Shown in pieces: positions 50,299-61,140 of a stretch of DNA of 64,000 bases (position 1 is the stretch's first letter; each line of letters starts with the position of its first letter). Made by a program: the position numbers and the translations under genes. The stretch covers positions 95,042-159,041 of the forward strand of contig CANRFQ010000001.1 in the NCBI GenBank assembly GCA_947629935.1, given 5' to 3'. The notes below the pieces were generated by a model that saw only the letters and a program-made list of their open reading frames with translations, made no database searches and had not been told where the DNA came from. The DNA comes from an uncultured Bacilli bacterium. GTDB taxonomy: Bacteria > Bacillota_I > Bacilli_A > RF39 > UBA660.

Positions 50299-50874
50299 TT
50301 AAGAAATTTTATTTATTGGCAAATTTTCAGCCCATTCTATTAACAACTTACATTTGTAATCTATTTCTTTTAAAACATCAATCTTTTTTCTATGCTTATT
50401 ATTTTTATCATAATAATTAATTTCACACTTGATGCAAGTTCTTGGATAATCTAATCCATCATTAATATATAGCTCAAATTCACTTGGTAAATTACTAAAT
50501 TCATATTTATCGGTAAATAAGATATATAATAATGTTTTATCTATTTCTTTCCAATAGTCAAAACTATTATCTTTTATTTTTTTTATGATAATTTTATCAT
50601 CTTGTTTATATTCTTTTAGCTTACTTATATCTTCATCAAAGTATTCATAAAACTCTATTCTATAATGACCAGAACAACTTGCAAAGGTTTTATAACCTTT
50701 TTTATTTAATATTGATATTGCAGGAGCGATAGGTTTATCGCAAACAAATACCTTTGGATGATTTTCAGCGTGAATACAAACTTCAAATGTTGTTTTATCA
50801 ATAATACTATTTTTATCCATTTTTTCCCAACCTTTTTCATTTAATAATAAAATAATTATTTTGTATTTAATCAA
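50299..50874 (-). CDS. hypothetical protein, operonic with the HD-domain protein
   Basis: 191 aa. Overlaps the upstream gene by 8 nt. Confidence 0.45.
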   Translation of the reverse strand: MIKYKIIILLLNEKGWEKMDKNSIIDKTTFEVCIHAENHPKVFVCDKPIAPAISILNKKGYKTFASCSGHYRIEFYEYFDEDISKLKEYKQDDKIIIKKIKDNSFDYWKEIDKTLLYILFTDKYEFSNLPSEFELYINDGLDYPRTCIKCEINYYDKNNKHRKKIDVLKEIDYKCKLLIEWAENLPINKIS

Positions 50875-51898
50875 TTGTAAAATCTAAATATACATAATTA
50901 TCCATATCATAGGCCAAATTATCTTCTATCATTTTCCTCGCAATTTTACAACATTTAGAAATTCTTTTCCCATTAAATAGGGGATCTATATATCTAACTT
51001 TTGCTCCATGATGAACATAATAAACATTGTCTGGTTTTGTTTTTGAAATTTTTACTTTTTTTGCATTTTTCCATAAATTAAAAACATCTTTATATTTAGA
51101 AGTTTCAATAATATCTATTACTTCCCTTTCTTTTAATTCATACAAATCTTTTTTTGATATTTTACCTTCATTATTTAATTTTTTTAAAATATCAGCAATA
51201 AATTGCATAGAATATCTAGTTCTATCTTCACGATAGATAATAGATAATCTGCTTGTAACTTTTACAAAATTTCTAGCTAGTTTTTTCGTTTTAAATCCCA
51301 GTTCTATCTCATTTCCTTCGTTATTTTGAATTTCTATATCAGCATATATCTCTTTAATACTTTGGAAATCTAATAATTTATAAATAAATAATGCTTTAGA
51401 TAATGAATATTCCAATCTATCCGCGGATAATTTGGGCGTATCATTATCAGCAATTGGATAAAGATGATAATTATCTACTTCTGATACTTCAATGTTGTCT
51501 CTTTTTAATAAAGCCATGATTTCTTTAGAATTTTTGATAATTTCAGAAGTTAAATCTTCGGTTGATTCTTGATTCATATAATCCCCATTTAGAAAATCAA
51601 CACAATGTTTAAATGCCGGTGTTGCTATATCATGAAATAATCCTGATAGTGTTTGTTTTTTATCATGAGTAAAGTGCCAGACAATTAAAGCCACTGCCAC
51701 GGAATGATCAAGACTAGAAAAGAAAAAATCACTTTCGAATAAATTTGAATAAATTGTACCATTGGTAATACTAATATATTTTTGGGATAATAATTCTTTT
51801 GTATCTATATATTCATTTAACCATTCCGGAAAATTTGGCTCTAATATTTCCAAATAATTTTTAATTTCTTTATTAACATTACTATAATATTTACCCAT
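50867..51898 (-). CDS. HD-domain phosphohydrolase-like protein
   Basis: H...HD signature (LDHSVAVALIVWHFTH...LSGLFHDIATP) in the N-terminal half. The C-terminal half is unknown. Confidence 0.5.
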   Translation of the reverse strand: MGKYYSNVNKEIKNYLEILEPNFPEWLNEYIDTKELLSQKYISITNGTIYSNLFESDFFFSSLDHSVAVALIVWHFTHDKKQTLSGLFHDIATPAFKHCVDFLNGDYMNQESTEDLTSEIIKNSKEIMALLKRDNIEVSEVDNYHLYPIADNDTPKLSADRLEYSLSKALFIYKLLDFQSIKEIYADIEIQNNEGNEIELGFKTKKLARNFVKVTSRLSIIYREDRTRYSMQFIADILKKLNNEGKISKKDLYELKEREVIDIIETSKYKDVFNLWKNAKKVKISKTKPDNVYYVHHGAKVRYIDPLFNGKRISKCCKIARKMIEDNLAYDMDNYVYLDFTID

Positions 51899-52057
51899 TT
51901 ATAACTCCTTATTTTTTTAAATTCTTCTTCTATTTTTTTGTTTTCATATTTTTAAGATTGGAGGACCACACTCACATCAAATGCTCTAGAGAAATTATAT
52001 CATATAGAAATATAAAACAAGAAATCATTTTTGATCTCTTGTTTTTAAATATTATAA

Positions 52058-53787
52058 TTATTTAACAACAATATTAACTAATTTTTTGGCAACAGCAATT
52101 TCTTTAATAATAGTTTTGCCTTCTAATTGGTTTTTAACACTTCCTATTTCTTTGGCTTGTGACTTCATTTTCTCTTCATAAGAAATACAGGTACTTCTAC
52201 TTTACCTCTTATTTTACCATTTATTTGGACAACCATTTCATACGTTTCGTCAACTATTTTACTTTCATCATAACTAGGCCATGATTCATAAGCAATTGTA
52301 TTTGCCTTATTAAATACTGTTTGCCAAATCTCTTCGGTTATATGAGGTGTTATAGGATTTAATAATTTAATAAAGTTCTGCGCGTACTCTAAGTTCCATG
52401 TTTTTTCTTTATATACAGCATTAACAAAAATCATCATTTGGGCAATAGCGGTATTGAAATTTAGAGATTCATAATCTTCCGTCACTTTTTTAACGGTTTT
52501 ATTATAAACTTTATCCAAATTAGGATTATCTTTAAATTCGCGCAAATCCTCATGATAAAGACGCCAAACTCGATCTAAGAATTTTTTAATTCCTCTAACT
52601 CCTTCATCATTCCAAGGCTTATCAGCTTCTAAAGGTCCCATGAACATTTCGTACATTCTTAAAGTATCGGCTCCATATTCTTTTTCGACATCATCAGGAT
52701 TAACAACATATTTAGGAAAACGTTTACCCATTTTAATTCCATTAGAACCTAATATCATTCCTTGATGAACAAGTTTTTTAAATGGTTCTTTAACACTTAC
52801 TAAACCTTTATCATATAAGAAATTATTCCACATTCTAGAATATAGTAAATGTCCAACAGCATGCTCCGGTCCACCCACATACAAATCGACTGGCATCCAA
52901 TGTTCAATTAGCTTAGGATCGGCCAATTTCTGATCATTATGAGGATCGATATATCTTAAAAAATACCAACTAGATCCTGCTGAACCGGGCATTGTTGAAG
53001 TTTCACGTACGCCTTTGACGCCATCAACCTCAACGTTTTTCCATTCAGTAGCATTTTCCAAAGGGGCTTGGCCATTTTTACTTTTATAATCCGCCATTTC
53101 TGGTAAAGTTAGTGGTAAATCTTTATCATCTAAAACAATATCTCTTCTATCTTCTAAATGAATTATTGGAATTGGTTCACCCCAATATCTTTGACGAGCA
53201 AAAATCCATTCTCTAATATGGTAATTCACTTTTTTCTTACCACAACCCATGTTTATAAGTTTATCAGTAATCTTTTCTTTCGCTTCTTCTACCGTTAGAC
53301 CACTAAATTCTTCACTATTAATTAATTTACACCCTTTATTCAAATAATCTTGTTTCTCAAAAGCGCACTTAGTTGTATCACGGCCCTCAATTACTTGAAT
53401 CATAGGAATATGATATTTTTCGGCAAATTCAAAATCTCTTTGGTCATGAGAAGGAACAGCCATAACGGCTCCCGTACCATAATTGGCTAAAACAAAAGCA
53501 CTAAGATATACTGGTACTTCTTGATTATTAACCGGATTTATCGCCATAATTCCTTCTAATTTAACCCCAGTTTTATCTTTATTTACTTCCGTGCGATCAA
53601 AATCCGATTTTTTAGCAGTTTCATTTCTATAATTAACTACTTCATCCCAATTAGTAATACGGTCTTTTAGTTCATCTACTAATTTATTTTCTGAGCTAGA
53701 ACCATAAATGTTATACCGTATATCGTTTCAATACAAGTAGTATAAATATTCTTGCCATGTTTTTTCAATTTCAATAAAGTTATACAT
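52058..53787 (-). pseudogene. leuS: decayed second copy of leuS (leucyl-tRNA synthetase pseudogene)
   Basis: The start, SD AGGAGG and the LeuRS N-terminus MYNFIEIEKTWQEY are retained, then a stop. An internal deletion removes the HIGH catalytic half and most of CP1. A 460-aa ORF (52165-53547) covers the C-terminal half with a degenerate KMSKS (KMGKR). The final ~37 aa (...KKLVNIVVK) are in a different frame. Confidence 0.8.
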
Positions 53788-53962
53788 TTTCCTACCTCCT
53801 AATTTTTCCATAAAAGAAATTATAATTAAGAAATTAATAAATTGCCAAATATAACAAGATCTTACATTTATTACGGTATCAAGCTTTTTTTCAAAAGTCA
53901 AATATATTAAACATAAAATAATTCCCTATTTTAATTTAGAAATGCTATAATAACTTCATGAG

Positions 53963-54658
53963 GTGAATGAAGTGAAAAAAAGAAGTTTATTATTAGTTTT
54001 AATTTTAGGATGTTTAATTCTGGGAGGATGTAAAGTTAAAGATACAGATGCTTTAAAATTTAAAAATGATTATGAAAGTCTTAATAATAAGGAAACTGCT
54101 ACAGCAGGTGTTAAATACCGTAGTATAAAAATAGATAAAAACAATCCTATTATATATATGACCTTTAAAGATGTTACGAAAAAAATTGCAAATAAAGATA
54201 CTTTTATTTTATATGTTGGTTTTTCAGGTTGTCCTTGGTGTCGTTCTGTTATTCCTTATGTTCTAAAAGAAGCGAAAAAGTATGGTATAGATAAAATATA
54301 TTATGTTAATGTGCGTGAAGATAATACTAAAGAATCTGACCTACGCGGCTACTACAAAGTAAGTGAAGAAGGCAAAGTAGTTTATGAAGTATATCCGGAT
54401 AAATATTATCATGATGTATTAAATACTTTAAATGACTTTTTAACTCCTTATAAGGTAACTGATGAAAACAACAAAGAATATGAAACGGGTGAAAACCGCC
54501 TATTTGCTCCAACTTTTATCGTATATAAAAAAGGAAAAGCAAAAGCTTTAGACGATTGTATTTCTGAAAAGCAAACAGATGGTTACCAAAAATTAACTCA
54601 AGATATAACCAAAGATATGGAAGAAAAAGCTACTAAATTATTTAAAGAATATAAATAA
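53963..54658 (+). CDS. lipoprotein, thioredoxin-like thiol-disulfide oxidoreductase
   Basis: Lipobox LILGGC followed by a CPWC redox motif (FSGCPWCRS). Confidence 0.7.
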   Translation: MNEVKKRSLLLVLILGCLILGGCKVKDTDALKFKNDYESLNNKETATAGVKYRSIKIDKNNPIIYMTFKDVTKKIANKDTFILYVGFSGCPWCRSVIPYVLKEAKKYGIDKIYYVNVREDNTKESDLRGYYKVSEEGKVVYEVYPDKYYHDVLNTLNDFLTPYKVTDENNKEYETGENRLFAPTFIVYKKGKAKALDDCISEKQTDGYQKLTQDITKDMEEKATKLFKEYK

Positions 54659-54730
54659 TACGCAAATTATAAATTGACATTTTTACTAAACAATATTAAT
54701 ATAGCAGATAACAGAAATGAGGTTTCATTT

Positions 54731-56176
54731 ATGAAATATAGAAGCATAAGTTTAAATTCTCAGAGTGATATAGGTTTAGTTAAATATAACGAAAAATACC
54801 AAGAAGATTATTCCTATTACTTTGATGTAAATGATCATAATATCTTAATGGCTGATGATATTAAAAAGGGTGAGCAATTATTTAAAGATAACCAAATCCA
54901 AAGTTACATGCTTTGTTATCGATATAATCTTCTAGGTGGTGTAAGTATTGATACATCTAAAAAAGATTTAGAGGTTCGTTTACACTTAAATCCTAATAAC
55001 CCATATGGTCCAAATAAAATTGCTATGATAGTAAATGACCTTGCTACTTCCTTAAAACAATATTTTTATGACAAAGAAAATGTTATTTTAAATATTTTGA
55101 ATAAGGAAGACTTAGAATTAGATAGTGATAGCAAAAATTTAAATGATGATGGCACTTTTACTTATATCTTTAAAAATGCACGAAATAATATTTTAGTACC
55201 TGCCCTAGTAGAAGAAGTAACTACTTGTGAAGAAAATTTAACTAATTGGGGTGAAGGTTGGTTTCAACATTTAGATATGAACCAAAATTTATCTAAAACA
55301 TATGATAATTTATTAAAAGAAAGTATTCAAGATGGGACAGTTACCTATCCTGAACTATTTAGTAAATTTGATAAAATAGTATGGCAAGACATTAATTCTA
55401 ATAATGCGACAAGAAATATTATATTTTACCAAAATGGAGATATTTCTTATTCTAAACAAAATTATAAAACTAGAAATAGAAAAAATTATAAAAATTGTAC
55501 AATCGATTATAATGTTTTAGCCGATAGATTTACATTAGTAGAACACGGCCACTTAGAAAATTTTAAAATTGAGCATAATCCTATTTTTACAGAAATTCAA
55601 AATAATAATTTAAAAATTGTAATTAATCCTGACAGAAGTAGAATTAATTATATTAGTGATATAGTTAATAACTCTTCGATAGCTATAGAATTATGGTGCA
55701 AAGAAGGGAAATTAACTAATTGTTATATTGATTTTCGTACCCATAAAAACTATAAAAATAAAATAAATGGCTTATATAGATTAAGAATTGCTCCCGATAA
55801 AAATTATGGCCAATTTTCTTTAAAATTTGTAAGTCGCAAAGATTATTATGGGTATGACTTTAGTGAAAAAATAATTAAAGAAGATGAAGAACTTTATACT
55901 ACTTTATTTTATGGTGACATTACTTTAGATTTAATTGGAGAGTTAGTAAATAAATTAATTCCTATTATTAATAAAGAAGCAGTTCATAATAATAAACCAT
56001 TAATTGCTTTAGATAATGCTATATCAATCCAAACAATAAAAGAATTAGATAATAGAGTTTTAGAGTTACTTAGTGAAGTAAAAGACGGAGTTCCTTTAAA
56101 ACATTTAGAAAACATCTTACAAACATTTATTAAATATTATACAGAAGAAAGACCAAAGAAAAAAATCTTAAAATAA
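54731..56176 (+). CDS. hypothetical protein
   Basis: About 480 aa. The start was placed at MKYRSISLN, which has TGAGGT SD. No motif recognised. Confidence 0.5.
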   Translation: MKYRSISLNSQSDIGLVKYNEKYQEDYSYYFDVNDHNILMADDIKKGEQLFKDNQIQSYMLCYRYNLLGGVSIDTSKKDLEVRLHLNPNNPYGPNKIAMIVNDLATSLKQYFYDKENVILNILNKEDLELDSDSKNLNDDGTFTYIFKNARNNILVPALVEEVTTCEENLTNWGEGWFQHLDMNQNLSKTYDNLLKESIQDGTVTYPELFSKFDKIVWQDINSNNATRNIIFYQNGDISYSKQNYKTRNRKNYKNCTIDYNVLADRFTLVEHGHLENFKIEHNPIFTEIQNNNLKIVINPDRSRINYISDIVNNSSIAIELWCKEGKLTNCYIDFRTHKNYKNKINGLYRLRIAPDKNYGQFSLKFVSRKDYYGYDFSEKIIKEDEELYTTLFYGDITLDLIGELVNKLIPIINKEAVHNNKPLIALDNAISIQTIKELDNRVLELLSEVKDGVPLKHLENILQTFIKYYTEERPKKKILK

Positions 56177-56180
56177 AATA

Positions 56181-56208
56181 AAACGCCCTAGAGCGTTTAT
56201 TTTATTTT
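56181..56208. terminator. bidirectional terminator
   Basis: AAACGC-CCTAGA-GCGTTT hairpin followed by ATTTTATTTT. Confidence 0.6.
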
Positions 56209-57801
56209 GACAACATATTCTCTATTTCTAATAGAAAGTACTAGTTCGACATTATCGGCATTCCTAATTGCAGCATCAACCTGTAAAACAACTTTGCCTT
56301 CCAATTCTTTAGGTGTCAAATTTTCCGTATTTACCGTAACAGGATCACTATCATTTTGACTATATCTAACTTTAGCAAATTGGCTAAAAAATGTACTAGC
56401 ATTTTTATTATTCTTATAATAATTAGTTGTTTCATCAAGTTTTAAATCATAATCTAAAACTAATAAAATAGCATTAGAAGCTTTTGTATATTTCGGAGTT
56501 ACGATACCTACAGAGTCACGACAATCTTCATTAATACAAAATTCATAATTATATTTATAAGTATTCGTAATATTATAATTTGTTATTTTAAGAGAACTAT
56601 CTTTTAGCATGCTATCTTTAAATGATATTTTTTCTTGCTGTTTATAAGTACCCACATTCTCTACTTTCGAAATATCTTCAGGAACTACTTTAACTTTTTT
56701 ATAATTGGCTTTAATATCACCCACATTATAATTAATAGACTCTAATATATTAATAACATAATTTTTGCGCAAGTAAGGTTTGTCTAATTCAAAAATTAAA
56801 ATATAATTACCATCAGACTCCGCCTTTAATTTATCTCCTTTATAAGGAGTACCTAAATCGGTAAAATACTCTATTTTACTTTTAGTAGGATATATATTAT
56901 CACTATTTAATCTTAAACGAAAATCAGTAAGTTCTAAATTATTTGCAACATTAGATTTATTAACAATATTCATATTAACAATTAAATAGTATTTATCTTT
57001 AATTAGTTCATTACCCCGATAATCCGTATTCGTAATGTAACTATTATTAACTTTTAAATTAAAAGTTTTATACGAAAATACTGCATTTTGTTTGTATACT
57101 TTGTTATAAACATTGACATTCATAAATATTCCGGTGCCAATAATGATCCCAACAATGGAAATAATACAAATAAAGATAAATGTATTTTCCATTATATAGT
57201 ATTTAAATTCTCTAATAAATCTACGTAAAGTTCTTTTGGCTTTATAAGTTTCAACTCCAACAGTCAGTTCGACTTCCTCATTATCAGTAGCTTCAATTTC
57301 CATTTCTTTTAAATCTAATTGGAAATTAAATTTCTTTAAATTAAATCCTAAACCGCGCATAGCTGTAACGGTTATGAAGAAATATTGTGGCAAAGAAAAT
57401 AACAGAGATAAATCCCGATACAAACGAGCCGATTGGGCATCTACAACACTTTTTTCTAAACCTTGTAATATACCAAATGAGACAGATAATAAAACAAATA
57501 CAAATATGTAATAAGCTATTAAAGCCATATATAATCTTGTATCTTTCTTTTTATTCTTCATTAGCATATAAACAAAAATACTAATACCCAAAATCAAAAT
57601 TACGGCTAAATACATAAATAAATTAATGTAGCTTCCCGCAATATTTGAAGATGATGTGTAATATCCGGAAGAAGCAAATTCACTAAAAAATCTTACTAAA
57701 TTAAACACCTTAAAAGCTAAATAAACAAGTAAACCTACTATTACTAAATGAATTGCTTTAAAATGTTTGATTAAAAAAGCATAAGGTTTTTTAAATACCA
57801 T
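56197..57801 (-). CDS. membrane protein with large extracytoplasmic domain
   Basis: 534 aa. Five to six N-terminal TM helices are followed by a ~330-aa beta-rich domain. Confidence 0.5.
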   Translation of the reverse strand: MVFKKPYAFLIKHFKAIHLVIVGLLVYLAFKVFNLVRFFSEFASSGYYTSSSNIAGSYINLFMYLAVILILGISIFVYMLMKNKKKDTRLYMALIAYYIFVFVLLSVSFGILQGLEKSVVDAQSARLYRDLSLLFSLPQYFFITVTAMRGLGFNLKKFNFQLDLKEMEIEATDNEEVELTVGVETYKAKRTLRRFIREFKYYIMENTFIFICIISIVGIIIGTGIFMNVNVYNKVYKQNAVFSYKTFNLKVNNSYITNTDYRGNELIKDKYYLIVNMNIVNKSNVANNLELTDFRLRLNSDNIYPTKSKIEYFTDLGTPYKGDKLKAESDGNYILIFELDKPYLRKNYVINILESINYNVGDIKANYKKVKVVPEDISKVENVGTYKQQEKISFKDSMLKDSSLKITNYNITNTYKYNYEFCINEDCRDSVGIVTPKYTKASNAILLVLDYDLKLDETTNYYKNNKNASTFFSQFAKVRYSQNDSDPVTVNTENLTPKELEGKVVLQVDAAIRNADNVELVLSIRNREYVVKIK

Positions 57802-57868
57802 GTGAATTCCCCTCTTTCTATCATATTAATTATAATATAGGAGACAAAAAAAAGAAAGATTAAACTTT

Positions 57869-58324
57869 CTACATACTTTTGCGTGATACTAGTAATTGAT
57901 CAGGCATTAAATATATAGTTTCATTCTCACGCATTACTCGATCTTTATCAACTTTAAAACGATTAGCAACAATATCTAAAGTATCTCCTTCGGTTGTAAT
58001 ATAATAACTATAGCCACTTTTCGGAATTAAAATTTCTTGACCAGGATAAATATAATCATTCATTGTCAAACCGTTTAAAGCTGCTAATAACTCGGGATTA
58101 ATATTATAACGTCTGGCTATTTGATATAAATTATCGCCTTTTTCAATAGTATAATATTCAAAATATTGTTCTTTATTTTTCGGAACGATAATTTCCATCC
58201 CTTGTCTTAATAAAGTAGCATATTCCATATTATTAATATCTTTTAACATATCTACCGTCGTATTAAATTTTTTAGCGATAATTTCTAAATTATCTCCTTG
58301 TTTAATTGTATATTTATCAAACAT
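57869..58324 (-). CDS. LysM-repeat protein (three LysM domains)
   Basis: YTIKQGDNLEIIAKKF, YTIEKGDNLYQIARRY and YITTEGDTLDIVANRF. The start was moved to the ATG that has TAGGAGTG SD. Confidence 0.75.
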   Translation of the reverse strand: MFDKYTIKQGDNLEIIAKKFNTTVDMLKDINNMEYATLLRQGMEIIVPKNKEQYFEYYTIEKGDNLYQIARRYNINPELLAALNGLTMNDYIYPGQEILIPKSGYSYYITTEGDTLDIVANRFKVDKDRVMRENETIYLMPDQLLVSRKSM

Positions 58325-58367
58325 ACTATCACTCCTAATAGTAAGATATGATAAATATCTTAGAATG

Positions 58368-59495
58368 TTATTGACGATAAACAAAAATCATATTTTGATA
58401 ATTAAAATTCCATTCAAAATTTTCTAATAATAATTGTTCTCCTAAATTAGGATTGTAACGATATAACTTAGAGTCACATAAATAATAGATATTTTCTTGA
58501 TCATAATCAACAATTTTTAGATTCTCTTTCTTACTTACTAATATTTTATTATCACTATTATATAGTTTTAAATATAAGTTACCGTTATTTGCTGTATAGT
58601 TATATGCATTTAATTTTTGAAATTGATAATCTTTTTGGACCAGTTTAGTTAAACTAATTTTCGTAAATTTTTGATCATAAATAATTCCTGATTTGTTATT
58701 AGTTCCGACTATTCTAATTTTTTGATGAGATGGCACAATTTCATATTCGATTTTCGCTTTGCGATTGACTAAGAAAACGCTTTCATTATAGCTTCCTAAG
58801 ATATAGCTATCCATAGAAATATCATAATCAATTTTCCAAGTACTTTTTTTGCCATTTTCTAAGTTAATAATGATAAATTTATTAAAATGATAATCTTCAT
58901 TATAATCCGCTAAGATAACTAAATTATTTAATTTGGCTATAACGTTTAAATTATAGACATCATGATCCGTAATTTTTAAATTATCAGTAATATTATTGTT
59001 TAGGTAATAAAAACCTTTATAATTCCAGAGTAAGAATGCAGAGCTATCTTGGTTATAAATTGTTATATTGTTAAATTGGGTGTTTACCTTACTATTATCA
59101 TTTTTAATTTTATAATGCTTTAAAACATCTTGATTTTTAATTAAACTAATGTCTTTAGAGAGTTTATTTTCAATACATATAGGTCTAGAAGTGCTATTTT
59201 TAGTTACAATAGCTAAACAATAGATATTATCTTTTTGATAATAATCAACATCTTGAACTATTTTTCTTTTCCAAATATTATTAATGACAAATTCATATGT
59301 ATGCTTATCTTTTTGCACTTGAATATAATGAGCTTTTAATTTTTTATTATATTCTTCCTCTACTAGAATAGATCCTAATTTATAATGAATTTTATAATTA
59401 TGAGGCATTTTAAAAAGAAATATAATAAAAATTATACTTAATAGAAATATAACAATTCTTTTTTTATGAATTTTTCTAGTCTTCCTCTTCTTCAT
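58368..59495 (-). CDS. membrane-anchored extracytoplasmic protein
   Basis: 375 aa. N-terminal basic stretch plus one TM helix (IVIFLLSIIFIIFLF), then a beta-rich domain. Confidence 0.5.
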   Translation of the reverse strand: MKKRKTRKIHKKRIVIFLLSIIFIIFLFKMPHNYKIHYKLGSILVEEEYNKKLKAHYIQVQKDKHTYEFVINNIWKRKIVQDVDYYQKDNIYCLAIVTKNSTSRPICIENKLSKDISLIKNQDVLKHYKIKNDNSKVNTQFNNITIYNQDSSAFLLWNYKGFYYLNNNITDNLKITDHDVYNLNVIAKLNNLVILADYNEDYHFNKFIIINLENGKKSTWKIDYDISMDSYILGSYNESVFLVNRKAKIEYEIVPSHQKIRIVGTNNKSGIIYDQKFTKISLTKLVQKDYQFQKLNAYNYTANNGNLYLKLYNSDNKILVSKKENLKIVDYDQENIYYLCDSKLYRYNPNLGEQLLLENFEWNFNYQNMIFVYRQ

Positions 59496-59919
59496 TATTC
59501 TGATATTTTTGCTTCTCCCTAATCATATATTCCGTAATTTCTGTTTCAATTTTATTTAAAGCCTTTTTAGATAGTTTTGAAACGGTAATTAACTCTTTTA
59601 TAGTATCAATTGTAATTCGTCCCCAAATAATTCCTTCTCTAACTGTTAAATCATTATACATATCGGGAGTTATTGATAAAAAAGTATATCCCCATAACAC
59701 TCTTTTTTTTGCAACAATCAATCTTTTATTTGTAATAGCGACCACACAAGTTGAGAAAATATCCCACAAACTAATAGTTTTTTGACCACAGAAAATAAAC
59801 AAAATTTCTTCTTCTGGATTTAAGTGTTCTTCAATTACACGGCAGTGTTTTTTAATGCGCCAAGCGATACCACCGGGATAATTTTTAATATATTCTAAAA
59901 GTTTTGCATATACATTCAT
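59476..59919 (-). CDS. bacterial PH-domain-like protein
   Basis: 147 aa with an AITNKRLIV core resembling bPH/YdbT-like folds. Weak evidence. Confidence 0.35.
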   Translation of the reverse strand: MNVYAKLLEYIKNYPGGIAWRIKKHCRVIEEHLNPEEEILFIFCGQKTISLWDIFSTCVVAITNKRLIVAKKRVLWGYTFLSITPDMYNDLTVREGIIWGRITIDTIKELITVSKLSKKALNKIETEITEYMIREKQKYQNNEEEED

Positions 59920-60037
59920 ATTTTTTTCCTCTTTATCTACTTTTATTTTACATATATATCATTCATTTAGCAAGAATAAATAAAATTTTTATACTTACTT
60001 TCTATTAAAGATTAACTAAAAAAAGTAGCTAATTATC

Positions 60038-60364
60038 TTAATTAAAATATGGCTTTACAATGTCAAGAACATATTGTTTCATATTTTTATAAAGATCAGC
60101 TACTCCTTCTTTTTCGCTATTTCCTAATATTTGAATAGTTTCATCAAGAAAATATTCATCATAAAAATTTATTCTTTGCATATTATCACTAATGTCTTTA
60201 GTACCTATAAAATCTGTTAAATCGGCTATATATTCAAAATTATTCATAAAATATTCATGAATTTTACTAACAATTTCTTCACTTATAATAGTCTGATTAT
60301 TATAAGTTACCCTATTTCCATCTATATCTAAAATTAATTCATTATCATACAATTTAAATTCCAT
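60038..60364 (-). CDS. hypothetical protein
   Basis: 108-aa acidic ORF. Confidence 0.4.
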   Translation of the reverse strand: MEFKLYDNELILDIDGNRVTYNNQTIISEEIVSKIHEYFMNNFEYIADLTDFIGTKDISDNMQRINFYDEYFLDETIQILGNSEKEGVADLYKNMKQYVLDIVKPYFN

Positions 60365-60379
60365 ATTTTTAAAACTCCT

Positions 60380-61099
60380 TTAATCCATATTAACATTATG
60401 ATATATTTCAGTTACATCTTCTATTTCATCTAATAAATTATAAAGGCGCTCAAAGATTTCTTTATCTTCACCTTCTAAAGTAATTTTTTCTTTTGGATAC
60501 ATACCGACTTCATCAATATCATAATCAACATCAGGAATGATACTTTCAATTACATCTTTGATATGATGGGCGTCAGTTGGATTAGCACTAATTGTAATAA
60601 AGCCATCTTCATTTTCAAAATCCACTATTTCAATACCCGCATTTAATAACGCTTCAAAAATTTCTTCTTCTTTATCACTTTTAAAACTAATAATTGCTAA
60701 ATGATCATAATTATAGGAAACCGAATTTGTGACACCTAAGCTTTTGCCTACTTTATTGAAAGCTGCTCTTACAAAACCAACAGTTCGATTGACATTATCA
60801 GTTAAAGTTTTAATAATTAATGTAGAAGCACCAGGACCAAATCCTTCATAGATAACCTCTTTATAGTCTTCGCCCCCAACCCCTTTCGCTTTATCAATTG
60901 CTCGATTAATTATATCACTTGGAACTTGTTGTTTTTTGGCTTTATCAACAATTCTTTTTAAAGCAATATTCGAATCTATTTCCGGTACACCACTTTTGGC
61001 AGCTAAATAAATTTCCTTCGCAAAATTAGAATATAATTTAGCTTTTATAGCTCCGGTTTTAGCAATACTTGCTTTTCTTACTTCATAAGCTCTTCCCAT
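60380..61099 (-). CDS. YebC/PmpR-family DNA-binding regulator
   Basis: 239 aa. N-terminal pattern K.A...A.K..LY....KEI..AAK.G...........V.KAK....P.D.I.RAI.KA.G is typical of the YebC family. Confidence 0.7.
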   Translation of the reverse strand: MGRAYEVRKASIAKTGAIKAKLYSNFAKEIYLAAKSGVPEIDSNIALKRIVDKAKKQQVPSDIINRAIDKAKGVGGEDYKEVIYEGFGPGASTLIIKTLTDNVNRTVGFVRAAFNKVGKSLGVTNSVSYNYDHLAIISFKSDKEEEIFEALLNAGIEIVDFENEDGFITISANPTDAHHIKDVIESIIPDVDYDIDEVGMYPKEKITLEGEDKEIFERLYNLLDEIEDVTEIYHNVNMD

Positions 61100-61140
61100 A
61101 ATAAGTCCTTCTTTCTTTTAGTATTATATCATATGTATTT

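Noticed and set aside
58325-58384. Upstream extension of the LysM gene overlapping the neighbouring ORF
   Set aside because: An internal ATG with a strong SD (TAGGAGTG) gives a start directly at the first LysM repeat. The 5' extension is probably not translated.
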